Made by a program: the position numbers and the translations under genes. A stretch of DNA of 64,000 nt. Source: Macrostomum lignano (Eukaryota). Position 1 is the first letter of the stretch, and every line of letters starts with the position of its first letter. The notes under the pieces were generated by a model. The model saw only the letters and a program-made list of their open reading frames with translations. It did no database searches and was not told where the DNA came from. The stretch covers positions 124,001-188,000 of the forward strand of contig NIVC01001154.1 of the NCBI GenBank assembly GCA_002269645.1, written 5' to 3'. Shown here one piece after another: positions 21,172 through 30,916 of the stretch.

Positions 21172-22824
21172 ATGGTCAGCTACGGAACGAGAACTACTAG
21201 GAGTTCTGTTCGCCTACGACAGTTTCACTACTACATCTATGGATCTCCATTACAGACGATAGTACGCACAGATCACGCACCGCTGACCTACGTCGTAACT
21301 ACAAAAGGACAAACAAACAACCGACTCATCAGGATGACACTCAAGATCCAGGACTACAACTACAAGCTCGTCTACAAACCAGGAATTACTAACAAGGCCG
21401 CGGACGCCCTGTCAAGAACCTACGAAGTCAACGCCATTCATCCAATCCCTAACATCAAGGAATTGGTGGATGAGACGGAACACGACAACTTCTACATAGC
21501 AGTTAAAAACAACGACAAGGACATCAAGCTCAGCCCCGTGGAACGAAAATTCCTGCGCAAGCAGCGACAACATTTAACAATCAACAAGTCACGACTCTAC
21601 TGGATGAGTGACAACAAACCTAAAATCTACATGCCATATTCGTTTAGGCAGGCAATTCTCAACGAGCTGCACGACAACCCACTCGCTGGACACCTGTCGG
21701 CAGCCAAAACCATTGCAAGAGTGGAGCAATACTACTTTTGGCCAAGCATGCATGGCGACATCAAGCAGTATTGCAACAACTGCCACTCATGCGCAGCATC
21801 GAAGACAGGACGACGACAAAAACCACAGCTACAATCGATACCAAAGTCAACAACTATGGACTGTCTCAGCATCGACATCACCGGACCGCTGCCACCGAGC
21901 TGTCTCCATGGCATAGCCTACACCTACATCCTAACAGCCTTGGACATTTTCTCAAAGTTTGCTATTGCCATACCAATACCGGACATCACAGCTCAGACAG
22001 TGGCAATGGGTTTCTTCAACGACATCATCTGCAAGTACGGTACGCCAAAGAACCTCACATCGGACAATGGATCGCAGTTTACGTCTCAACTCTTTCAGCA
22101 AGTGGTGAAGATCCTCAACATCACGCAGATCTACACATCGACCTACAATCCGAAGGCGAACATGGTTGAAAGGTTTCACCGCAACCTACACGAGATGATT
22201 ACACACTTCGCGCATCAACAACCGGACGACTGGATCATCTATCTGCAAGCAGTAACAATGGCCTACAACAGCGCTATTCATCGATCAACGGACAATACGC
22301 CATTCTTTCTAATGTTTGGGCGAGACTTCCAGCCGCCAAACCTATTGGCACAGCAACTACTACCATCGCAATATGTGGAAGTCCCGACGTCCATTCAAAA
22401 GTTCGTCACGCAACTACACCTCGCATGGAAAGTAGCCAAGCACAACATCGACAATCAGGTGGCTCTGACCACCGGCACCGACACGAGATCGACAACTCTG
22501 ACAGCCGGCGACATCGTCTACCTGCACTATCCGCCACAACAGACGCACAAACACGCACAGAAGTACAAAGGACCATATCGAGTGGTCCAACTAACGTCAC
22601 CGACAACGGCACGCCTGGCCAATGTGCAAGATCCTCATCAGCACCAATTCTACGTGCACATTCATCGATTGAAAAGGGTCAACACTGACACGGCGACATT
22701 TCTACCGTCACTTGACAATGCCGACCGCACGCGTTCGACAAACCGCCACATCGCAACGAAGCACGAGGAGACTCAAACAACGAACGAGAGCCAGCCGCAC
22801 GGCTATAATCTGCGACCTCGTTAA
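21172..22824 (+). CDS. Element B Pol, 3' part (RNase H remainder + integrase); same frame as the upstream ORF
   Basis: RTDHAPL, NKAADALSR; HHCC (HDNPLAGH...CNNCHSC), SIDITG / SDNGSQF / VERFHR DDE triad, GPY motif. The true junction is masked by three 1-nt deletions at 21093-21214. Confidence 0.93.
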   Translation: MVSYGTRTTRSSVRLRQFHYYIYGSPLQTIVRTDHAPLTYVVTTKGQTNNRLIRMTLKIQDYNYKLVYKPGITNKAADALSRTYEVNAIHPIPNIKELVDETEHDNFYIAVKNNDKDIKLSPVERKFLRKQRQHLTINKSRLYWMSDNKPKIYMPYSFRQAILNELHDNPLAGHLSAAKTIARVEQYYFWPSMHGDIKQYCNNCHSCAASKTGRRQKPQLQSIPKSTTMDCLSIDITGPLPPSCLHGIAYTYILTALDIFSKFAIAIPIPDITAQTVAMGFFNDIICKYGTPKNLTSDNGSQFTSQLFQQVVKILNITQIYTSTYNPKANMVERFHRNLHEMITHFAHQQPDDWIIYLQAVTMAYNSAIHRSTDNTPFFLMFGRDFQPPNLLAQQLLPSQYVEVPTSIQKFVTQLHLAWKVAKHNIDNQVALTTGTDTRSTTLTAGDIVYLHYPPQQTHKHAQKYKGPYRVVQLTSPTTARLANVQDPHQHQFYVHIHRLKRVNTDTATFLPSLDNADRTRSTNRHIATKHEETQTTNESQPHGYNLRPR

Positions 22825-22970
22825 GTTGCGAAAACAAACCCGTGTAGAGACCGGGTCAGAATAGCTCTACAGCTTCGCAAGCTTGTCGTAAGAGGCGACT
22901 AATCCGAGCGACTCCACAAGTGAACTCTACAATTGACTACATAACCGCAACTGACGCTTGGCTAACGACT

Positions 22971-23639
22971 ATGGGCAATGCACAGTCTAGACTGGCGACC
23001 CAGCCACGGCAACTCTATGAATGCCCTGTCTGTTTGGAAGATGACCTGTATAAAAAACCACCAACCATTTGTATAAATAATCATCGCATATGCGGCACTT
23101 GCTTGTGTGACGCGCATCATATCCAACACTGGCAAAGCTGCCCCCTATGTAGGAGTAGTCTGACGCAGTGCGCCTATTGTTATTCGTGGCGCACCTTTCA
23201 ATACTGTAATCAAAGTCATTTTATTTGCATGCAATGCTTGAAACGAACCGCTAGTAGGGGCATCATAGGATGCCCTATGTGTAACAGTATGCCGAAGGAC
23301 AGCACCTTCAAGAAGTGGTGTCGCATCAAGCCCGACGCCAATCGATGCTTACATGTTGATAATATTCGAACACTACCCGCAATACGTATCGAACAGTTGC
23401 TAGAGTTTTGGCCAGTACCTCGTTTCGCTCGACGGTCACGCAATGAATTACTACCGTACGCACATAACAATCAAGGAATATTGCGTCATATGTTACCCCT
23501 GGATATAGAACGACATCTACGACAATTTTTGCATGCCCATCACGCGTTTCACTGGACATTGCACATATATTGCCACGCGCTAAAAAGATTAATTTTGTCA
23601 CGTAGTTATTTCATATGGCTTTTACGGTATACACAGTAG
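22971..23639 (+). CDS. Element B accessory ORF 1: tandem C3HC4-type RING protein with N-myristoylation motif (222 aa from the ATG)
   Basis: MGNAQS; CPVC..CINNH..CGTC..CPLC and CAYC..CNQSH..CMQC..CPMC; lies inside the LTR boundaries. Confidence 0.85.
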   Translation: MGNAQSRLATQPRQLYECPVCLEDDLYKKPPTICINNHRICGTCLCDAHHIQHWQSCPLCRSSLTQCAYCYSWRTFQYCNQSHFICMQCLKRTASRGIIGCPMCNSMPKDSTFKKWCRIKPDANRCLHVDNIRTLPAIRIEQLLEFWPVPRFARRSRNELLPYAHNNQGILRHMLPLDIERHLRQFLHAHHAFHWTLHIYCHALKRLILSRSYFIWLLRYTQ

Positions 23640-23693
23640 ACTGTATACTTCACCCTGACTGCTTTAATTACGATGATTACATAAAACCCGCAG

Positions 23694-24332
23694 ATGGCCG
23701 AGAACAACGACGTATGCCCCTGCTGTCTCGAGACGCGGGACTATATGATCCCGACGTGTGAGTGGGGACACCGCGTGTGTGTCTCCTGCGACGCCATGGC
23801 GCAGCAGGTGGATGGCAATGTTACCATGCTATCTACCTGCCCGGTCTGCCGTCGCGCGCGGGCTACCTGTGTGGTATGCGGCGAACAGCCCCATGTTCAG
23901 GTGTGTTCCAACCGACATTGGGTCTGTGCAAGCTGTCTCCGAAGGTACGGTGCAAGAGATATAGAGATCTGCACCGAATGTCTAGCTCCTGTCAACCATT
24001 CGACGGCGCTGATGTTGGCGACAATAACACCAGTGCCAGAGTTGACGTTGGCGGAGCCGGACAGCTTGACCTTCGAGCAATTGTCCATCGCCGTCCGGTC
24101 GTGGCCGTGGCCGCACCGGCATCAGGAGTCATGGCGTCACGTCCTTGGAATTTCCAGGAGCCTGGCTCGCGAGCACCCAGGACTCACGAGTATTGACGCC
24201 TACCTGATGATACTCGAGCGCACAGAGGAACCGCGCTTCACACGCTTTCAGCCGACATTCTGGGCGGTGGCATGTCTGGCTGCGCGAACAGCGCAGCAGA
24301 TATCCGCCGTGCTCAAAATCGGGTTCGGCTGA
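23694..24332 (+). CDS. Element B accessory ORF 2: tandem C3HC4-type RING protein, 212 aa
   Basis: CPCC..CEWGH..CVSC..CPVC and CVVC..CSNRH..CASC..CTEC; same architecture as accessory ORF 1. Confidence 0.85.
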   Translation: MAENNDVCPCCLETRDYMIPTCEWGHRVCVSCDAMAQQVDGNVTMLSTCPVCRRARATCVVCGEQPHVQVCSNRHWVCASCLRRYGARDIEICTECLAPVNHSTALMLATITPVPELTLAEPDSLTFEQLSIAVRSWPWPHRHQESWRHVLGISRSLAREHPGLTSIDAYLMILERTEEPRFTRFQPTFWAVACLAARTAQQISAVLKIGFG

Positions 24333-24505
24333 TCGTCCGAGCGGCATCAACACAGGGGCAAGTGTCATCTGCATTTATCAGACGATAACTTTCCATTAAC
24401 TCTGACAAAACTAACTACTGATAATGTATACAATGTAACATACCGGCAATATAAATATATACAATATCAAGTTCAAGACGTTTCTGTAAATTTATATTTT
24501 TATTC

Positions 24506-24540
24506 AAACTCGGGACGAGTTTTTTCGTAAAAAAGGGAGA
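24506..24540 (+). promoter_or_regulatory. Hairpin (AAACTCG-GGA-CGAGTTT) and polypurine tract of element B
   Basis: Perfect 7-bp stem followed by AAAAAAGGGAGA, 3 nt before the 3' LTR. Confidence 0.8.
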
Positions 24541-24543
24541 TTT

Positions 24544-25594
24544 TGTAGAGTATTATATCTCCCAGAAAAGTTATTTAAAATTGTTAACGTACTACTTAAA
24601 TAGTAGTAATTTGAGGAGCATGTATAAGGATATGCGCTGAACCATACATATATTCGAATTAACCAATAGAAAGAGAGAAATCTCGAGCATGCTAATTTTA
24701 GAAATCACCCAATCACGTGCGACCAACAACTGTCAATTCAAACCCCACCTTCAAGTCATCATTTGGTTTGCACTCGGGTTGCACCCGGATGAACCAATCA
24801 AAGTCTACCAGCTACGGTAACCAATCATGCGCTTTTACAGTAGACTAGTTGCGCAACTTTCTACCCTGTCATGCTTGACAGCCACCGAATCGTGACCCTT
24901 TGACATTTGCGAAGACAGTGATGTACGACCTCGAGAGAGGTCTGAACGCCTATAAATACAAGTGGTCCGGAACGGACCCGGAGCCAAGAAATCTCCAAGG
25001 AGAGAAGCTCCGAAGAGGAAGCTCTAGTGAAGCCTTCCTGAAGAAACTCGCGTCGTGGACGAGTTCTTGCGGTAAGCCTTACTCATTTGCGCCCGTTGGT
25101 TGAGACGTCTCGCTCAAGTCTATTGAGACTTGAGTTTATTTGAGTCTGTTGAGACTCTTGAGTCTGTTTAGACTCCACTGGTTGCAGTCTCCAGAAGGAC
25201 TGCCCCTGATAGATCTTAGAAGACTATCAGTGGTTTCCGGAGCCATACCTAGAGTGCATAGAGGCACTACTAGAAGGAGTAGGCTTATATTAAACCGCAG
25301 ATTGGCGCAGGGTACCCATTGTTGATTTGGAAGCTTCCCATTGGTCCGCACTACAGATACCGGCCGGAAACGACTTCAGTGGACGTAAAGGAACGCGGAC
25401 CTGGTTACGAACATAGACGTCTAACGAAGTTCGAGGTTCAAAGGAAGTCCGAGAATAACAGAACACGGAAGAGCTCTCAGAGACAGGACTCAAGGTAATA
25501 CATACCTTCATTTGATTACTGGGTTGCCTAGCTACAGAGCTAGAAGTGATTGTTCCTTGATTACAGCTGAGGACTGGTAATAAGGAACACATCA
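24544..25594 (+). repeat. 3' LTR of element B
   Basis: Near-identical to 13761-14812. Confidence 0.97.
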
Positions 25595-25598
25595 ATAG

Positions 25599-28500
25599 GA
25601 GAATCTATGTCGCAGAAAAAACGACAGTTTCAGCCAATAGTTCAGGATTAGTCAAGGTCAGATTAGCAGCAGGTAGTGAAACTAATTTCGGAGTGCCATC
25701 AGTTATTGAGCCACTCAGATCAGGATTGAAGACTAGAACAGAGAAAGTAACCGTAGTGCCAAGTTTAGTAACTCTAAGACAAGGGGAAGCTTATTTAGAA
25801 GTAATTAACACCAGTTCACAGGAAGCTAGAGTACCAGCATCAGCATTAGTTGGGATGGCCAAGCCACTCTTAGCTAGCGAGCTTAACTATCTGAAGGAAC
25901 AGCCAGAAGAAGAGCAGAATAAGAACACGCAGTCTTGCGGAAGCAGAGAAAAGATCAGCCAGGTACAGGACAAGTCAGAAGACTGGATTAGTGAGATTAA
26001 CATAGGAACTGAACTGACTCAGGAACAGAGACAAAAGGTGATCGAGGTCGTCAAGGAACATTCAGCAGCTTTCTCGCAGCACGAGTTAGACTTAGGCAGA
26101 ACGCATTTAGTCACACATGAAATTATCTTGAAGGATAACAACCCAGTTCAGATACCAGCTAGAAAGATTCCACCTCATTGGATCAAGGAGGTAGATGAGC
26201 AGTTAGATCTCATGTTGGCTAGAGGCATAATTAGGCCTAGTTACTCGCAGTACTCGACTCCATTAGTCATAGTACCTAAGAAAGACGGTTCGCTTAGATT
26301 AGTTAACGACTATCGAGCACTAAACAATAAATCGGAGTATTTTCCGTATCCAATAACTAATATCAATGAAACATTCTCATGTCTCCATGGAGCCAGTCAA
26401 TTTTCTACGTTAGATCTATTTTCGGGATATTATCAGATAGCTCTTAGGGAAGAAGATAAGTGCAAGACTAGCTTTCCAACTTTACATCGAGGCTCGTTTG
26501 AGTACGAAGTATTGCCAATGGGACTGCAAGGAGCTCCAGGAACTTTTCAAAGGTGCATGAACTTAGTTCTTAAGGACATTGCACAGAAGTTCGCCATAGC
26601 TTACTTAGACGATGTAATAGTTTATAGTGCAGACTTTGAATCGCATTTAGAACACCTGAAAGAAGTGCTCAAGAGACTAATCCAAGCTAACATGAAACTA
26701 AAGGCTAAGAAATGTCACCTTTTCAAATCAGAATTACAATATCTAGGACACGTCATAGGCAAAACAGGAATTAAGAGAGATGCGTCGAAATTAGAATCAA
26801 TTAGGAACTGGCCGAAACCTAAATCTGTGACAGAGCTTCGAAGTTTTCTCGGACTCTGTAATTACTATAGAAAATTCGTTAGAGATTTTGCCGAGGTAGC
26901 AGCACCACTCTGTGAGTTAACTAAGAAGAACATCAAGTGTATCCAGGACAAATGGACCAGGATTCATGATGAATGCTTCGAACTGTTGAAGGAACGGATG
27001 TGTTCCGAAGAAGTGCTTGCTTACCCAGAGTTCAATACAGACCCCCAAGTTTATTTTGTGTTAGACACTGATGCATCAGATGTCAGAATTGGGGCGGTCT
27101 TGAATCAAGTTCAGAGCGACGGCATAGAAAGTCCGATCGCGTATTATAGTCGGAAGATGAGGCAGTCAGAAACTAGATATCCGATTACGAGGAAGGAGCT
27201 TCTAGCGATTGTTGACTCGCTGAAGTATTTTAGATTTTACCTCGTAGGAAAACATTTTAAGGTGCGCACTGATCACAATGCCCTAACCTGGTTGCTTCGC
27301 CAAACCGAACAGACAGGCATTTTAGGTCGTTGGATCGAAAGACTTTCTGAATTTGATTTTGAGATAGAACATAGGAGTGGCCCTAAACATGTGAATGCTG
27401 ACGCTCTATCCAGGATCCCTGATCCTCAACCGGAAGAGATGTCCCCACATGCCAGGTCGCTAAGCTGTAGGGCAACTGTGAATACAGACCCAGCATCAGC
27501 TTTTACTGTCAGCTCAGGCAATTCCGCGTTCGCTGAAACCTGTAGCTCGAGCAGTGGAGTTCCGTCATGCTGTTCGTCACAAGACACTGTCACGAACCGA
27601 CACAATACTCCGATCTTTAGTAGCAGTAGGCTAGACAATAGACAGGGACAGGAGCCTAAAACCGGAAATCCGCCTGCATGCAATGCCCTGCTCAGTGACT
27701 ATCTCCGTAGCCCAGTTCGCCGTGACCAATTGATCGCAGCACAGCTAGCCGATCCGGCGGTAGGCTTTGTTAGAAAATTAATTGAGAATGACTCGCCTAA
27801 ACCGACATTTCAAGAACGACTAGAGTTAACCCACGACTGTAGGAACCTCTTAGGTTACTACGAGTTGCTCAGAATTGAGGACGGCGTACTCAAAGTAGAC
27901 TTATCTATGGGGCAGACTGATCCAAAGGTAGTGTTGCCCAAGTCTCTGGATAGTGAAGTCTTTCACCAATTCCATGATTCACCGTTAGCGGGACACCTAG
28001 GTCGAGATAAAACTTATCAGAGAATTAAAATTCGATTTTGGAGGCCAGGATTAGCAACAGCAGTTGAACGCTACGTAGCCAAATGTAAATCATGCCTAGA
28101 AAGCAAAACTAGAAGAAGAATTAAGGCACCAATTCAGAACTATCCTGTAGTCGAACCGTTCGGTAGATTGCACATAGATCTAATAGGACCTATTGGCCAA
28201 ACTAGCAAATCAGGAAACAAATATGTACTTTCAGTCATAGACAGTACTAGCAAATTTCCATTCGCATTCGCAATTAGGAATCAGAAGGCTAAAACAGTTA
28301 TCAAAATTCTACAAGAACGAGTTTTCGCTGATTTTGGGATTCCACAATGGATTCACACAGACCAGGGAACACAGTTCACTGGTAGGGCCTTTAAGAAATT
28401 TTTAGACCTCTATGGCATTAGACACACTCGAACAACTAGTTATCATCCGCAGAGCAATGGCTTAGTAGAAAACCTTAATAAGCAGATTAAATCAATTCTC

Positions 28501-29535
28501 ACCTGTTTACTGGAGAAGGAGCATTCCAACTGGGACGTTCTGTTGCCAGGTTGCATAACAGCTCTGAGAACCAGCACGCACACTGCCACAGGATTTAGTC
28601 CGCACTATTTAGTCTTTGGACGAGAGGCCAGAATGCCCTGTGACAATGAGCTGAACGAGCCAAAGCAGTTTCAGGACCTGCCATCTTATGTCCAGGAACA
28701 TCAGCAGAATCTGCAGGAAGGCCAAGAACTAGCGAGAAAGAGATTAAAATTAGTGCAACAAAACCGTGAGCAGGAGTACTCTAACAAGCCTAAGCCGAAA
28801 ACATTGCCTGTAGGAAGCTTAGTATTTATCAATAATCCAGTAATTGCTAACACAGAGGCTAACAAATTTCACAGAAAACAGAGGGCAGTTTACGAAATTG
28901 TAGAACAACTATCAGAAGTAGTCTTTAAGATTAGACCAGTTACCAGAAATAAGAAGGCCAGGAAGGAAGAACTTATCATGCATAGAGACAATTTAATGAA
29001 AGTACCGCAAGCAGATTATCAGGAAGAAGAAGCTAGTACTAAACCAAAAGAACAGAAGAAACAATACGATAGGGAACAGTTAGCCAATAGTCAGCCGAAT
29101 GGGTACAATGACTCAGAAAGTGAAGACGAGTACGAAGACGCAGTGCAGTTTATGCCAGTGCAACATCAAAATAATGAGCAGTTTATGCCAGTGCAAAATC
29201 AAAATAATGTGCAGTTAGTGCCAAATCAACAAGTGCAACATCAAAATAATGAGCAGTTTATGCCAGTGCAAAATCAAAATAATGTGCAGTTAGTGCCAAA
29301 TCAACAAGTGCAGCATCAAAATAATAATCTAAATAATTTAGTAGGTGTACACGGAGTTATGCCAGTACAATTAAATAATAACAATAATAATTTAGGGATT
29401 AATTTAGAAGCTAGGCCAGCGAGAGAGCGTCATGCTCCAGATAGATTAACAGTCAGGCCAAATCAGAAAAGTTATGTGCAGAGGATAGCGGAGTTGTTTA
29501 ACCCATTTAACCTCTTGCAGCCGAAATCCCAATAA
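25599..29535 (+). CDS. Element A Pol, 3' part (PR-RT spacer, RT, RNase H, integrase, Q/N-rich tail)
   Basis: Removing B plus 4 nt restores ...KPQV-RRIYVAEKTTV...GVPSVIEP in frame; AYLDDVIVY, LDTDASD, KVRTDH, HDSPLAGH..CKSC, HIDLIG / TDQGTQF / LVENLNK; no stops. Confidence 0.95.
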
Positions 29536-29538
29536 ATC

Positions 29539-30249
29539 ATGGCCGAAGCCCCTCTTCGGGTGTATCCAAGGAAACGCATCTATGGCCAAAGAAGAAGACA
29601 GGAGCAAGACGAGAATGAGCCCCCGCGAATTCGGGCCGCACAATTGGCAGAGCGTGAAGAATGCAAGAAGCAGAAATTAGATCATCGGGAAGAGGAAGAG
29701 GGTAGGCTAACTATCGACGTAGACCTGGAAAAATTAGGAAGAGAGACGGAAAAAGCGGAAGCTGAATTTAGGGACGAGATGGCGCAATTCATGGAAGAAA
29801 TCCGACAACAGGAAGAAGGGGTGGAACCCATTGATGAGCAGGAAGAGGCGGCCGCGGAAGAACCAAATCACCAGCCGGAGCAGTGTCCATCCGAGCAATG
29901 CCAGGCAGGGCAAGGCCAGCATGAGTCTACGCTCATCGATTACGCTACATTGCTCAGGGCAGATCTGGGTGATACGCCGGCTCCTAAAGAGACCAACGCC
30001 GAACGGCCGGATAGTCCCGGAACGCAGGCGCGGAAATTCCGCAATTGTCGTCGCGCCTTGAAGCGGGCTATCCTGGCTACAGGGAAAAACAGGACGATTC
30101 GAGGCGCAGCTACCGGACGCGTGCGTCCAGTTCTTGGCCACGGCGACCCCAGAGGAAGCAGTCCGATGCTTCGAGATTGCCTGCTCATACTGTTTACAGT
30201 ACGCCGAAGGGAGAGCGCGGGGTCCGACCAATATGAGAGCGACCACTGA
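29539..30249 (+). CDS. Element A ORF3, acidic/charged protein of unknown function (C-terminus uncertain)
   Basis: ATG 3 nt after the pol stop, same frame; basic N-terminus (PRKR..RRR), E-rich helical middle; no TM segment, so not Env. Confidence 0.65.
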   Translation: MAEAPLRVYPRKRIYGQRRRQEQDENEPPRIRAAQLAEREECKKQKLDHREEEEGRLTIDVDLEKLGRETEKAEAEFRDEMAQFMEEIRQQEEGVEPIDEQEEAAAEEPNHQPEQCPSEQCQAGQGQHESTLIDYATLLRADLGDTPAPKETNAERPDSPGTQARKFRNCRRALKRAILATGKNRTIRGAATGRVRPVLGHGDPRGSSPMLRDCLLILFTVRRRESAGSDQYESDH

Positions 30250-30906
30250 GCAGCTGGAATTTTTCGCCAGACAATTCGACCCTACTCACCAGATGATCCC
30301 GATAAACGGATTACTGTATCTATCTACTCAAAACACCCAAAATCTCCGGCCAATCCATTAGGTAAGATAGAGAACTTAGCCAACCAATGACTTTTAGCTC
30401 GGTTACACATAATCGATGACATTTTATTTTACCATCTTTTGGAGTAGAATTGGAGTAAACTTGCCAAATTATTTTACCGCTTTTTTTTGCACTGCATTTT
30501 CTTTCTTTTCTTGTTGTATACACCTGCCAATTATTCTTGTTCAATTGCTCAAACAACTCAGCAGCCATTTAATAGTGCAACTGTTCATGCTATAACTCAA
30601 TTTATCATATTTAGCCATTTAATAGTGCAATTATGTTAACGGTGCATATCATAATTATCATGTTCAACATTTAATCCATTCGTAATAATACAGTTCTGCA
30701 TGCAATCAATCAAACGCGTATTTCAACCTAATCCCATTACTTTTACGACTCGGCATACCAGTAACTTCCCCACTTGATATACGTGTAATCTTGTTACAGT
30801 AGCTTATATTCAGTATATCGCTGATAAAGCGCAATATTACTTATTAAATTTCATTAAATAAATATAATATCAATGTACAAAAGGGGGTTTTGCACATTTG
30901 TTTAGC

Positions 30907-30916
30907 GAGGGGGAGG
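30907..30916 (+). promoter_or_regulatory. Polypurine tract of element A
   Basis: GAGGGGGAGG directly abutting the 3' LTR. Confidence 0.9.

Larger units (their letters stand above)
13761..25594 (+). mobile_element. Env-bearing Ty3/Gypsy-type LTR retrotransposon B (11.8 kb), nested in the pol of A
   Basis: TG...CA LTRs at 13761-14812 and 24544-25594 (one 1-bp indel in a G run noticed); flanks TTAG/ATAG; PBS TGGTGATCTCG at 14815; [15 protein letters not shown] at 24529-40; RT-RH-IN order. Confidence 0.97.

Noticed and set aside
22971-24332. Element B RING genes captured from the neighbouring TRIM-NHL gene
   Set aside because: Ligand spacing differs (C-x3-H vs C-x-H) and no shared sequence is seen beyond the cysteines.
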